From positions 1 to 64,000 of the forward strand of contig NIVC01003304.1 of NCBI GenBank assembly GCA_002269645.1: DNA of 64,000 nucleotides, written 5' to 3'. The notes under the pieces were generated by a model. That model did not search any database. It saw only the letters and a list, made by a program, of their open reading frames with translations, and was not told where the DNA came from. The stretch is from Macrostomum lignano. Its lineage: Eukaryota. Of this stretch, positions 23,784 to 37,885 are shown piece by piece. Both the position numbers and the translations under genes were made by a program. Position 1 is the stretch's first letter. Each line of letters begins with the position of its first letter.

Positions 23784-26223
23784 ATATGTTAACTCAATAT
23801 GTAAAATAAATAAAAATATGTTAAATTAAGATACATTGAAATGCATTGTATTTTCTATGAAGCAGATTTAAATATAAGTTTTATTGATATTTTTTAAACA
23901 AAAGTACTGATTTTTGTTTTTTGTATTTTTAAGTATCGGCACATGGCACAAGGAAACTTATTTGATTGTTCCATTGCAAGCATGCCATGATCATGACTAT
24001 GTAATATATGTATATATAGCATAAATTTATATTGATCAAGGTTTTAAAGAGTATAACCTAAACAGTTTTGACTTGTTATTTAGCTAGGCCTATATTGAAG
24101 TATAAATAAAAATTATAATGGTTTTACAAAGAAACTCTTTCTATGAAAAGTTTTGTGTGAAGTAGCAACAATGAATAAGCAGAATATTAAAATGGCATCC
24201 AATTAATTTTTAGCAAAAAAATAATGTTCAAAAATATTAAATCATTTAGGTTACACTAATAACCTTAGTGTCAATGTTAATATAATCAATGTTTTTGCTA
24301 TTAAACATTCAAGTTAAAATCTATGAAAAGAAGCATTTAAGGCTAAGCTGTCTTAGTTAACAACCTATTGCATTTCTCTATGACAATGAGGCCTTTAGTC
24401 TTTAAAGCTAAATGGCTAGCTATAGGTATTTAATTTGTTCACTGACTACCAGTATAGAGTATTTGCTATCTAAGTCTTAGTGTCCCTAGGTTAGACCAAT
24501 AGAACTTCTAGGATATAGCAACTAAATTTGTCAGCTACAAAGAGCTATGGCATCTAAATCAAATTTGGCCATGGTAAGCTATGCATGCCAACTGCTCTAA
24601 AAGACTAATCATTGCGATCCTCAAGATTATATACGCTATGCTTTTCTATGGCAGTAATCATGGAGCTGCTTAGAGCACTAGTTGTAATAGTCTTGTTACT
24701 GTTATCTAGGTTGTCTATTTTGCTACTACTCATAGCAATTGTCACCTGGAGCACTATATCAAGCCCAAGCAATGCCATTAGGGTCACATTGAAATCCAAG
24801 ATTGCAATAGTAGAGATCTAACATTGTTAAAATAATAAAACCCTTGTTTTCTATGCTTAGAACAATAGCAAAGCAACTTTGGATAGACTCAGAAAGCTCA
24901 GAGAGTGGGTTAGTTGCTGCCTTAAGAAATTTACAGAGTCTACAAATCTGTGAATTTTCAAAGTAGAAAATGTTATACATATTTCCTATGTGCCTACTTG
25001 AATACACTGTACACACATGTACAATAGGTACAATATATTAATATAATTATACAGTGTATGTCCAATACTATATATAAAGTATTTACAAAACATGTATGTA
25101 AATACATATCATTCACATCCTAGTAATTCAATAATGCAATAGAACATTTAATTTGTATATTTACCTTGGGTAAAATAATGCTCACTAGTCCCTCAGAGAG
25201 CCAAAGTCCTAGATCTTGAATTGGTTGCAACAGGAAAATTAGTAAACTAATAAGATTCCACTTGGAATTGGTCAATGTGGCAGCCAATTTATGCTGGGTG
25301 CTATACAATTAAACAAGTTGCACCTAATGAATAGATTTTGAAGTTGATATTAATAAGTCACTCCAAATTCTCTATTTATTTAAAGATAGCTTCTAGTGTT
25401 ATTGGGTTATCTTTAATACTACTTAAAATAGACAAATGTAGGGACAAATTAAAAGGTCTCTAATTATCTGGGCCTGAAAAGACACCAGCATGTCAAGCTG
25501 TGAATCCCTTCTTATTTGTGTATCTTGAATGAGCATTATCGATGTTTTGGCCTTCAGGTCTTTACACCACTTCTTCTATTTACCATGTGCCTTAGGCAAT
25601 TTAAAGAAATGCTATAAAATTGTATGGCAATGGGATAGAAGACCATTTGCTATGCTCTGGGCTTATTGGCATTGTCAGGGATGTTATTGCAAATGCAATT
25701 CTATAGCTTGTAGATGACACAAGATGTGCAAGGCAATTTTGAATTAAGTGTAGACATCAACATTAGTCCTATTAAATATTACTCATATTAGGCAAATTGA
25801 ATGTTTGAAATATGCACTATTTTTAACTGCCTATTTTTTTATTATAGAGCAGCTTTGAGACAATTTGCTCAGAATTCTGTTGGGTAATTGAACTTATATA
25901 AATAATACTAAAACATATTGTATACTGTATTACTATATACTGACATATATACATAACTAGATATATAAAGGGACTGAATCACTTGAAGCTGACAAACCAT
26001 GCTTTGTATCAAAGAGCATTTATCTGTAACAATGTCCATTGTCCACGACTCACTATTTCACTTCCCAGTATTCCATGATGGTCCACAGTGCACTAGCAAT
26101 GTTTTTTTCTAGTGGAAGCTCCATAGATAGGCTTACTGCTCAAAATTGCCCTCCAACGCTAAAACTGATCATTGATCAGATGAGTAGTCAAGCTGACAAT
26201 GGACTGCTTGCCCTTTATCATCT

Positions 26224-27168
26224 TAGCGATTCCACCATGAGCCTTGAAATCTCAGCGATTCCACCCGTGAGTCTTGACATCTCAGCGATTCCCCCATGAG
26301 CCTTGACATCTCAGCGATTCCACCATGAGCCTTGAAATCTCAGCGATTCCACCCGTGAGTCTTGACATCTCAGCGATTCCCCTATGAGCCTTGACATCTC
26401 AGCGATTCCCCCATGAGCCTTGACATCTCAGCGATTCCACCATGAGCCTTGAGATCTCAGCGATTCCACCATGAGCCTTGAAATCTCAGCGATTCCACCC
26501 GTGAGTCTTGACATCTCAGCGATTCCCCCATGAGCCTTGACATCTCAGCGATTCCCCCATGAGCCTTGACATCTCAGCGATTCCCCCATGAGCCTTGACA
26601 TCTCAGCGATTCCCCCATGAGCCTTGACATCTCAGCGATTCCACCATGAGCCTTGACATCTCAGCAATTCCACCCGTGAGTCTTGACATCTCAGCGATTC
26701 CCCTATGAGCCTTGACATCTCAGCGATTCCCCCATGAGCCTTGACATCTCAGCGATTCCACCATGAGCCTTGAGATCTCAGCGATTCCACCATGAGCCTT
26801 GAAATCTCAGCGATTCCACCCGTGAGTCTTGACATCTCAGCGATTCCCCCATGAGCCTTGACATCTCAGCGATTCCCCCATGAGCCTTGACATCTCAGCG
26901 ATTCCCCCATGAGCCTTGACATCTCAGCGATTCCCCCATGAGCCTTGACATCTCAGCGATTCCACCATGAGCCTTGACATCTCAGCAATTCCACCCGTGA
27001 GCCTTGACATCTCAGCAATTCCCCCCATGAGCCTTGACATCTCAGCAATTCCACCCGTGAGCCTTGACATCTCAGCAATTTCACCCGTGAGTCTTAACAT
27101 CCCAGCAATTCCCCAATGAGCCTTGACATCTCAGCAATTCCACCCGTGAGCCTTGACATCTCAGCGAT
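26224..27168. repeat. 29-bp tandem minisatellite directly upstream of NO66
   Basis: Unit CCATGAGCCTTGACATCTCAGCGATTCCC, about 32 copies, ending about 45 bp before the ATG at 27214. Confidence 0.95.
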
Positions 27169-27213
27169 GTTTTGCTTCTCATTCATGCCAGCACAATACT
27201 AATAGAGAAAGAT

Positions 27214-30200
27214 ATGGCAGACTTGAAATTAGGCAAACAGCAGGTCTCAGCCTATGCTGCCTATCAGCGCTTAAAGCAGCAGCCACCGGCAACCCAGCTG
27301 CAGGATCAACAAGTCAATCGCGAGAAAAAACGGCAGCATTCTAATAATAGCACAGAAAACAGTGCCAATGCTGCTACTGGCAGTAGTAAGAAAAAGAAAG
27401 CAAAACTGCAGGAACAGTCCGTCTCTGCAAAAGTAGAGAAGGGATTTTCCAAATCTCCGAGTACTACTAGCACTACTTCTAGTAGTATGAAGTTGAAGCC
27501 ACAACAGCATCAAGTAGCTTCTAATGGGGCTGCCTTGTCTGGCAAGAAAAAGAAGCGGAAAAAAAGAAACAAACATTCGGAGTCTTGCCAACCAAAGCAG
27601 GCCGGCTTGGTAGCCTCTGCGATGCCAATTGGCAGTGACTCATCCGCTGAAATTGGAAGCAACTCCGACACTGAGGATGACTCTGTGATCGATCCGATTG
27701 TCGAAGCCACTGAGGTCTTTAAAGAGATCATCGCTCCAATTAGTACTGAGCAGTTCTTTGGCACCTATTGGGAGCGCAAGCCGCTGTTAGTGAAGCGCAA
27801 TTCTCCCAGTCACTATGACGACTGGTTTAGTACGGCCGATTTCGACTCAATGCTGCGCAATCATCGGGTTATGTTTGGCGAACATCTGGACGTTACCAGC
27901 TATAGAGATGGTACGATTGGAAGGGGAAGATGAGGGAAATCACGGGGGAATAGCCAGTGCTATCACGGGGGAATAGCCAGTGCTATCACGGGGGAATACA
28001 GTGCCATCACGGGGAATAGCAGTGCTATCACAGGGGAATAGCAGTGCTATCACGGGGGAATAGCAGTGTTATCACAGGGGAATAGCCAGTGCTATCACAG
28101 GGGAATAGCAGTGCTATCACGGGGGAATAGCAGTGTTATCACAGGGGAATAGCAGTGCTATCACAGGGGAATAGCCAGTGCTATCACGGGGGAATAGCAG
28201 TGCTATCACAGGGGAATAGCCAGTGCTATCACGGGGGAATAGCAGTGCTATCACAGGGGAATAGTCAGTGCTATGACAGGGGAATAGCAGTGCTATCACA
28301 GGGGAATAGCCAGTGCTATCACAGGGGAATAGCAGTGCTATCACAGGGGAATAGCAGTGTTATCACAGGGGAATAGCCAGTGCTATCACAGGGGAATAGC
28401 AGTGTTATCACAGGGGAATAGCCAGTGCTATCACAGGGGAATAGCCAGTGCTATCACGGGGGAATAGCAGTGCTATCACAGGGGAATAGCAGTGCTATCA
28501 CGGGGGAATAGCAGTGCTATCACAGGGGAATAGTCAGTGCTATGACAGGGGAATAGCAGTGCTATCACAGGGGAATAGCCAGTGCTATCACAGGGGAATA
28601 GTCAGTGCTATGACAGGGGAATAGCAGTGCTATCACAGGGGAATAGCCAGTGCTATCACAGGGGAATAGCAGTGCTATCACAGGGGAATAGCCAGTGCTA
28701 TCACGGGGGAATAGCAGTGCTATCACAGGGGAATAGTCAGTGCTATGACAGGGGAATAGCAGTGCTATCACAGGGGAATAGCCAGTGCTATCACAGGGGA
28801 ATAGCAGTGCTATCACAGGGGAATAGCAGTGTTATCACAGGGGAATAGCCAGTGCTATCACGGGGGAATGGCCAGTGCTATCACGGGGGAATACAGTGCC
28901 ATCACGGGGAATAGCAGTGCTATCACAGGGGAATAGCAGTGCTATCACGGGGGAATAGCAGTGTTATCACAGGGGAATAGCCAGTGCTATCACGGGGGAA
29001 TGGCCAGTGCTATCACGGGGGAATACAGTGCCATCACGGGGAATAGCCAGTGCTATCACAGGGGAATAGCCAGTGCTATGACAGGGGAATAGCAGTGCTA
29101 TCACAGGGGAATAGCATTGCTATCACAGGTGAATGGCCAGTGCTATCACGGGGGAATACAGTGCCATCACGGGGAATAGCAGTGCTATCACAGGGGAATA
29201 GCATTGCTATCACAGGTGAATGGCCAGTGCTATCACGGGGGAATACAGTGCCATCACGGGGAATAGCAGTGCTATCACAGGGGAATAGCAGTGCTATCAG
29301 AGAGGAATATAGCAGTGCTATCACACGGAAGAGCAACGCTTCATTAAGCAAGAAGATAAAGACCCCAATGCAAGAAGCACCAATGGAAGCGCGGTGTGTA
29401 ATTGTTATGGCTAAGGGCTTGACCGATTCCCAGATTTCGATTCTAAGTCAGTTCTTAGTGTTTTATTTCCTCAGACCAGACCTACAAACAATTTTCCTGT
29501 TATCCTATAAGCCCGAAGATTTTCGCAGTGCAACAGGCCCTTTGTGTGTTTTTACCAAACCTTCTCAGGTTTCGTTAAACCCTTCGAAAATCTCTTTCGA
29601 GCTGTTTTCCAAAATTTCCCGTTTCAAGTCAGTGGTTCTTTGTTTACCGTGTTTTATTATTTTGGTTTGCCTTAAATAGTCTGATGTATTTCTGCTGGTG
29701 GCAGGGGGTGGCTTATTATTAGCAAAATTGAGTATCCAGCGCCGATTATTTATAGATTTCTAGATATTTTAAATGCCCCAATTAATTCAATAATGAGACT
29801 GGGATTTGATGCAGTTCAAAAATCGTTTATAGACTCTATTCTAATTCTAGACTAATTAAATAGACTGCTTCTGATCCCCGGATTCTTTACCGCCACTCGC
29901 CGAACTACTCTGATATCGTTAGCAGCATTAGTAATCTCCACTGCCAACCAAACTGATCCATGCATAGTGAACTTAAGACTTATCACAACCTTCATTTTCG
30001 AACGCCACCGAAACGTCCCAGATCCTCAGTTGTTGAGCTACTGACAGTCTCTCAGATCCTCAGTTGTTGGGCTACTGAGTCTCTCAGATCCTCAGTTGCT
30101 GGGCCAGCCTCCCAGATCCTCAGTTGCTGAGCTACTGACAGTCTCTCAGATCCTCAGTTGTTGGGCTACTGAGTCTCTCAGATCCTCAGTTGCTGGGCCA

Positions 30201-33200
30201 GCCTCCCAGATCCTCAGTTGCTGAGCTACTGACAGTCTCTCAGATCCTCAGTTGTTGGGCTACTGAGTCTCTCAGATCCTCAGTTGTTGGGCTACTGAGT
30301 CTCTCAGATCCTCAGTTGTTGAGCTACTGAGTCTCTCAGATCCTCAGTTGTTGAGCTACTGACAGTCTCTCAGATCCTCAGTTGTTGGGCTACTGAGTCT
30401 CTCAGATCCTCAGTTGTTGGGCTACTGAGTCTCTCAGATCCTCAGTTGCTGGGCCAGCCTCACAGAGTGTCAGTTGCTGGGCCATCCTCCCAGATCCTCA
30501 GTTGTTGAGCTACTGACAGTCTCTCAGATCCTCAGTTGTTGGGCCAGCCTCCCAGAGTGTCAGTTGCTGGGCCATCCTCCCAGATCCTCAGTTGCTGAGC
30601 TACTGACAGTCTCTCAGATCCTCAGTTGTTGGGCCAGCCTCCCAGAGTGTCAGTTGCTGGGCCATCCTCCCAGATCCTCAGTTGCTGGGCCATCCTCCCA
30701 GATCCTCAGTTGCTAAGCCAGCCTCCCAGATCCTCAGTTGCTGGGCCAGCCTCCCAGATCCTCAGTTGCTAAGCCAGCCTCCCAGATCCTCAGTTGCTAA
30801 GCCAGCCTCCCAGATCCTCAGTTGCTGGGCCAGCCTCCCAGAGTGTCAGTTGCTGGGCCATCCTCCCAGATCCTCAGTTGCTAAGCCAGCCTCCCAGATC
30901 CTCAGTTGCTGGGCCAGCCTCCCAGATCCTCAGTTGCTGGGCCAGCCTCCCAGATCCTCAGTTGCTGGGCCAGCCTCCCAGATCCTCAGTTGCTGGGCCA
31001 GCCTCCCAGATCCTCAGTTGCTAAGCCAGCCTCCCAGATCCTCAGTTGCTGGGCCAGCCTCCCAGAGTGTCAGTTGCTAAGCCAGCCTCCCAGATCCTCA
31101 GTTGCTGGGCCAGCCTCCCAGAGTGTCAGTTGCTAAGCCAGCCTCCCAGATCCTCAGTTGCTGGGCCAGCCTCCCAGATCCTCAGTTGCTAAGCCAGCCT
31201 CCCAGATCCTCAGTTGCTGGGCCAGCCTCCCAGATCCTCAGCTCTGGGCCATCGCCACCCCACACTCAAATAAAATCAAGCCAATCAAAGCCACTACTCC
31301 GCCCCGCACGGCGCCACAGGCAAGCGCGAGACGCACAACCCGGAGGGCCGCGCACTGGCCAGCCAGACCTGGCAGTTCTACCAGTCGGGCTGTTCGCTGC
31401 GCCTCCTCTGTCCGCAGGTGTTTCACGATCGCGTTTATCAAAAGCTGAGCATTCTGCACGAACTGTTCGGGTCTTTTGTTGGCGCCAATGTCTACCTGAC
31501 TCCGCCCGGTACACAGGGGTTCGCGCCGCATTGGGACGACATTGAAGCCTTCGTTATGCAGCTCGAAGGGCGCAAGCACTGGCGAGTGTACGCGCCTAGG
31601 TCGCCAAACGAGCGGCTGCCGCGGGAGTCTAGCGGTACTTTTATGTACTTTTTTTGCTAAACCATACAGGGCTCTTGCGTTACAGGCCTCTCTTCCCTTT
31701 CCCGGTGTCTCTTCCCTTTCCCCGTCTCTCATCCCTTTCCCCGTCTCTCTTCCCTTTCCCCGTCTCTCTTCCCTTTCCCCGTCTCTCTTCCATTTCCCCG
31801 TCTCTCTCTTCCCTTTCCCCGTCTCTCTTCCCTTTCCCCGTCTCTCTCTTCCCTTTCCCCGTCTCTCTTCCCTTTCCCCGTCTCTCTCTTCCCTTTCCTC
31901 GTCTCTCTTCCCTTTCCCCGTCTCTCTCTTCCCTTTCCTCGTCTCTCTCCCATTTCCCGTCTCTTCAATTTTCCCATCTCTCTCTTTCCCCGTCTCTCTC
32001 TTCCCTTTCCCCGTCTCTCATCCCTTTCCCCGTCTCTCTTCCCTTTCCCCGTCTCTCTCTTCTCTTTCCCCGTCTCTCTCTTCCCTTCCCCGTCTCTCTT
32101 CCCTTTCCCCGTCTCTCATCCCTTTCCCCGTCTCTCTTCCCTTTCCCCGTCTCTCTGCCCTTTCCCCGTCTCTCATCCCTTTCCCGGTCTCTCTCCCATT
32201 TCCCGTCTCTTCAATTTTCCCGTCTCTCTCTTTTTTCCCGTCTCTCCCTTTCCCCGTCTCTCTCTTCTCTTTCCCCGTCTCTCTCTTCCCTTTCCCCGTC
32301 TCTCTCTTCTCTTTCCCCGTCTCTCGCTTCCCTTTTCCCGTCTCTCTCCCATTTCCCCTCTCTTCAATTTCCCCGTCTCTCCCTTTCCCCGTCTCTATCT
32401 TCCCTTCCCCGTCTCTCATCCCTTTCCCCGTCTCTCTCCCATTTCCCGTCTCTCTTCCCTTTCCCCCGTCTCTCTCCCATTTCCCCGTCTCTCTCCCATT
32501 TCCTGACTCCTCCCTTACCCATATCTCTCTTCCCCTTTTCGCTGTCTCTTCCCCCTCTATTCCCTTATGCTTTGTTTCTTACTCTCTCGTGCGTCAATCT
32601 CTCCAGTTTTGATTTCTTCCGGTATCTTTCATCTTACCTGTGCTCAGCTCTGCTTTGCCACTGACACAATTTTAAATCCACAAATCGTTTCCCCCTTGCG
32701 CTGTCTACCAGGAAACTTTGGGCCGAAGGACCGGCTGGGACAGCCGGTGATTGACGCCGTCCTGGAGCCTGGCGACCTGCTCTACATGCCCCGCGGCTTC
32801 ATTCACCAGGGCCGCTGTCTGGATGGCTGGCACTCGCTGCACATCACCGTGTCCACCTACCAGAAATTTGCCTGGACAGATCTACTCGCTGAGGCCATCT
32901 CCGGCGCTTTGGAGCGGGCAACCACCCAGGACGAGGAGTTCAGGCGCGGCCTGCCGCTCGGACTTCTGGGCTTTGCCGGCTCCGCCTTTGGGTCCCTGAC
33001 CGCCGCTAGCCGCGACGATTGGGCGAATCGGCGACGCGAAGCCGAAGAATTTTGCCGGTCACTGCTGGCCAGACTGTCCGGTCATATCAGCCTGGATGAG
33101 GCAGCGGACAGGATTGCATGTGGACAGGTTAGTGAGCTCGGGGTCTTTGTAATGTCCTTGAGGGATGGTTATCAGGCTACAGATCCACGAGCTGCTGCTA

Positions 33201-35418
33201 ATCCTGTGGTGTCGCTCTCCCTACATCCTCTCCGCTCTCCCTAAATCCTCTCCGCTCTCCCTACATCCTCTCCGCTCTCCCTACATCCTCTCCGCTCTCC
33301 CTACATCCTCTCCGCTCTCCCTACATCCTCTCCGCTCTCCCTACATCCTCTCCGCTCTCCCTACATCCTCTCCGCTCTCCCTACATCCTACCCACTCTCC
33401 CTACATCCTATCCACTCTCCCTACATCCTCTCCGCTCTCCCTACATCCTCTCCGCTCTCCCTACATCCTCTCCGCTCTCCCTACATCCTCTCCGCTCTCC
33501 CTACATCCTCTCCGCTCTCCCTACATCCTCTCCACTCTCCCTACATCCTCTCCGCTCTCCCTACATCCTCTCCGCTCTCCCTACATCCTATCCACTCTCC
33601 CTTCATCCTATCCACTCTCCCTACATCCTATCCACTCTCCCTACATCCTATCCGCTCTCTCTACATCCTCTCCGCTCTCCCTACATCCTATCCACACTCC
33701 TTACATCCTCTCCGCTCTCCCTACATCCTTTCTACTCTCCTGCATCCTTTCCACTCTCCCTACATCCCTACATCCTATCCACTCTCCCTACATCCTTTCC
33801 ACTCTCCCTACATCCTTTCCACTCTCCCTGCATCCTCTCCACTCTCCGCTACATCCTCTCCGCTCTCCCTACATCCTCTCCACTCTCCCTACATCCTCTC
33901 CACTCTCCCTACATCCTCTCCACTCTCCCTACATCCTCTCCACTCTCCCTACATCCTCTCCGCTCTCCCTACATCCTCTCCACTCTCCCTACATCCTCTC
34001 CACTCTCCCTACATCCTCTCCGCCCTCCCACCCTATCATCCTTTCAGTTTCCTGAAATCCTATTTGAACGTTTTTCTTTTCCAATTCTCTTAATCCTCTT
34101 ACCTTGTGTCACTTGGGTTCAGCTTCTCGTATCCCTCGTTACTGTATTCTAACAACTCATTTGCTGCCTTTGTTTTCCCAAAAAATCTGTTATTTTAATA
34201 TTCCTTTAATGAAATGGAAATCCATTTCCTTCACTGTTTTAAACATTCATTGCATGCATGGCTGCAACTCAAAAGGCATTTTATCTTTGCCTATCTGTTG
34301 CTAATCCAATCCAATCCAATTATTATCGCCTAACTAAATCTACCGTATTTTTTAGCTTTCAACTTCAATGCTCAGCGCAAGGGAATTTTGGGCGTTTTAC
34401 TTCCAAAATTGATTAAGTGTCTTTTGAACGTCAAAACTAGAGAGAGATTCACAGACTTACCCGTTTTTTAATCATTTTCATTTAAATTGACGGCGCAGTT
34501 GATGTACCGCGGATTTCATGTAGTTAATTTGTTCTCATGCGACAGACGCTGGATTATTTGCATCAGTTCGGATTTACTAGATGAGGGCCAACCCTCAAGG
34601 CATAGAAAGTGTATATATGCCTGACAATTTGAAAGTAAGGACCATAAGTGTGCAACCCCGTGATTTACTCTAGCCGTGTGTGACTTACCTGTGAAAGAAA
34701 CCCTACAAAACTAACCTAATTTTGGGTAAACGGCAGGAGTAACTATAACTGTATTATTAAGGCTAAATGCCTCGTCATGTAATAAGTAGTACGTTCATTT
34801 TTCGGGTTGGCCGGGCCCCTCGCCAACCGGCCGGATGTTGCGCATGTTATGGTCAGGACCGCTGTACACCCCGTGTGAGCATGTGCATGAGTCCGTGCCT
34901 GCCTACAGTATTGCTCAGAAGTCAGCAGAATGTGCAGAATTGCATTACAGCATTGCATGTCGCCAAAAGCGTTGCTTCAGGATGTCCGAAGTTGTTAATT
35001 CACGACGCCCTTTATCAAGGTTCGCGACGCCCTGCCGCCAGCCTTGGACCCCAGCGAGGCCTCGTGCAGCGCGTTCGGCGCCGGGCCCGTCTGGGACGCT
35101 CGACGCGGCCGCCTGACCGCCGCGCCGCCGGCCGTGACGCTGAAATCGCGGATCCGCCTGGTCAGACGCAGCGCCGCCCGCCTGACTGGCGACAGCCGCC
35201 TGCACAGCAGTCTGGGCAATACGCGCGTGTTCCGCGAAGCTGAGCCAGCTTACCTGGACGTTGAGCCGGCTCTGGCGCCCGGTGTCGCCGCCCTCGCAGC
35301 CGCCTATCCAACCTTCCTGACTGTCGCCGAGCTGCCAATCGCGGACCCGGAGGACCGGGTGGCCCTGGCCGCCGGACTGCACGATCGCGGCCTGCTGCTA
35401 GTGCGGGAACAGCGCTGA
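27214..35418 (+). CDS. RIOX1: Ribosomal oxygenase 1 / NO66 (JmjC histidyl hydroxylase)
   Basis: Exons 27214-27910, 31320-31634, 32712-33127 and 35020-35418, all GT-AG, sum to 1827 nt (608 aa + stop). K-rich N-terminus; [11 protein letters not shown]; [10 protein letters not shown]; [33 protein letters not shown] (HxD); [14 protein letters not shown] (distal His); C-terminal winged-helix-like region. Confidence 0.93.
27939..29325. repeat. 21-23-bp tandem array in NO66 intron 1
   Basis: Unit GGGGAATAG(C)CAGTGCTATCACA, starting about 30 bp after the donor. Confidence 0.95.
30018..31243. repeat. 28-bp-based tandem array in NO66 intron 1
   Basis: Unit CAGATCCTCAGTTGCTGGGCCAGCCTCC, grading from longer ACTGAGTCTCT-containing variants on the left; ends about 75 bp before the acceptor. 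Confidence 0.95.
31683..32520. repeat. Pyrimidine-rich degenerate tandem repeat in NO66 intron 2
   Basis: CCCCGTCTCTCTTCCCTTT variants; the + strand is almost purely pyrimidine. Confidence 0.9.
33213..34030. repeat. 20-bp tandem array in NO66 intron 3
   Basis: Unit CTCTCCCTACATCCTCTCCG, about 40 copies. Confidence 0.95.
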
Positions 35419-36176
35419 CTTCTTGAGCGGCTTGGCATTTGCTAATATATTATACGACTATAATTATAAATGTATGCGAAATAATACAAGAAAAAAATCA
35501 ATGGCTGCTTTTTAGCATTCTGATGGCCATCTGTTTGCTGAATAATGGAAATACTAACATGTTCGTCTGTTTTATAGCCTTCAATTATTTTTGCATGAAT
35601 ATTGATACAAAACAAAGCAGATGGTCTGCCAATAGGCATGCCGTTGCACGATCTTCAAGAGTCGAAGTATCCGAATAATCAGCCTAAAATGGAAACTAGA
35701 AGAAGCTGAAAACAATCCTCCTGCTACATTGCTGCCGTCCTTTTGCATAGTAGACAACTTGCTAGCTAGCTGCTGCGAAAAGGGACGCTGCTCAAGGATG
35801 TAGCGGCTTTTGCCGGTTGTTGCGTATCCGATACGCACGGCCGACCCCAAAATGTTGGCTTCTTTGATTTTTGCTGCCGCTGGCATGGCTGGGCAGTCCC
35901 TTGCCAGGTGACATCGACCTCCTGGCAGTCTGGATTGATGCTGCCCTTGTGTTATTATTGTTGTTTTGCTAATTGCTTGGGCCCATCATCTACTTTTCTG
36001 GTCTGGAAATGCCACTCTTGTCGCCAATATCGTGTTTTTATCTTGCTAATTGCCTGAGCCAATCAGTCATCTGTTGAGTTTTACAAGCATGGTTTGGATC
36101 TTTATTAGAGGCAGTGGGCTGTGTGCACCCTGGCGCACTTTAAGCGACATTGTCACACAACCGGCGAGAGGCATTA

Positions 36177-36457
36177 CTGCCCATTCCGCCGACTCCCCTG
36201 AGCAGGCGCACAAGCGCGCGGATACGTACGCAGTCATACGCACAGGCACACACTCACACAGGAGTGTACAGCGGCCCTAACTTTATTTATCGTTGGGCAT
36301 GTACACTTCACTGTGCCTATGGCGGTTGGCCCCCAAAGGCGTCAATTTGCACGAGCCGAGATACCAAATTAGCCCCAAATTAATATTGACTGCACTAGGA
36401 ATCGAGCCTGGGCCGCTGGCACATCAGAGCGCCGCGCTTGACCACTGGGCTACGGCC
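36177..36457 (-). mobile_element. tRNA-derived SINE, copy 2
   Basis: A-box-like TAGCCCAGTGG (36452-36442) and B-box-like GGCTCGATTCC (36408-36398); homologous to 17427-17716. Confidence 0.75.
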
Positions 36458-37389
36458 CCCATGCATGGTTTGGTTGCATTACTCGGACTTATAATCTGAT
36501 TTAAATTATCTTCCTTTTGTGAAACAGCAGTTCTATTGAGGGCCTGAAGGAACGCGAGCCCGTCTCATCAGGTCTCTGGATGACAGCACCTTGGGGGAAA
36601 TGCACACCCAGAGCGTACCACAGCAGGGACCCGTACCGCGTATCATGCACCCTTGCGTCCATCTATTGCTATCTCGTGCTTTTATTGAGTACAATAGTTG
36701 ACATTACAGCCGAGCTGAGCAATTTATTTCGCCAAATTTAATACGGCATCAATTCACTGGGAATGCAATCTGGGTAATTTAATTAATTAATTTGTCTAAA
36801 AGTGGGCCAGATTTTGGCAACTCATTTCTCTGCCTGTCCCATCCCCACTGGCATTCTTGGCATGAAATTGTTGACGCCAACTATTTACCGTAATATTTGA
36901 GTGTAAGATTAAACCGAACAGATACTTGATGAACGGCTTGACAAAGCAAATGGCAAATGAATTTCACTTGCCAATTATTGAATGCTAAATTTTCAATTTA
37001 ATAGCAGAGCAATATGCGACTACAATAAACATCTGACTGAAGCCTGCTTTCAGACCTGGGCTCAATGGCTATTGAGATTCGCTCAAGTGTGAAAATGCAA
37101 GAGACTATGCACTCAACAGCCTGTGACCTACTCGAGAATGCCAGCAGGGCACATCTATCGAGGGATTCCAATTATATTTTAATTATTTTTCGACCGGTTG
37201 CAGAAGCAAAAAAAGCAGAATGAATAGATTACTTAATCCTGCCAACTTGAACGAGAAACAAAGGCTTAAGCCACGCATCATCGGATTCTGGATGCATGAG
37301 TGCTCTCGCTCACAGAAATATTTTTTCCTAAATTTTATTTGCCTTTTTGAGTCAGTTGCCGTGTCTGCATCACTTTGTCTGGCTCTCCC

Positions 37390-37490
<101 letters not shown>

Positions 37491-37526
37491 TGCATTACTG
37501 GATGTACAATAACAACCCATTGTACA

Positions 37527-37885
37527 CTTGTAGAGTTACGAGTAGCTGGTAGAGTTAACGAGTAGCTGGTAGAGTTAACGAGTAGCTGGTAGAGTTAACG
37601 AGTAGCTGGTAGAGTTACGAGTAGCTGGTAGAGTTAACGAGTAGCTGGTAGAGTTACGAGTAGCTGGTAGAGTAAACGAGTAGCTGGTAGAGTTACGAGT
37701 AGCTGGTAGAGTTAACGAGTAGCTGGTAGAGTCAACGAGTAGCTGGTAGAGTTAACGAGTAGCTGGTAGAGTTAACGAGTAGCTGGTAGAGTCAACGAGT
37801 AGCTGGTAGAGTTAACGAGTAGCTGGTAGAGTAAACGAGTAACTGGTAGAGTTACGAGTAACTAGCGAGTAGAGTTACAAGTAGC
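37527..37885. repeat. 19/20-bp tandem array
   Basis: Unit AGAGTT(A)ACGAGTAGCTGGT, about 18 copies. Confidence 0.95.

Noticed and set aside
24600-25650. Decayed LINE endonuclease (IMLIQDTQ and ILDFN-like motifs, minus strand)
   Set aside because: The motifs are about 735 nt apart, roughly twice the expected spacing, with many stops; not supportable by eye.
28117-34055. Many repetitive ORFs inside NO66
   Set aside because: Translations of intronic satellites; the spliced NO66 model explains the real coding parts.
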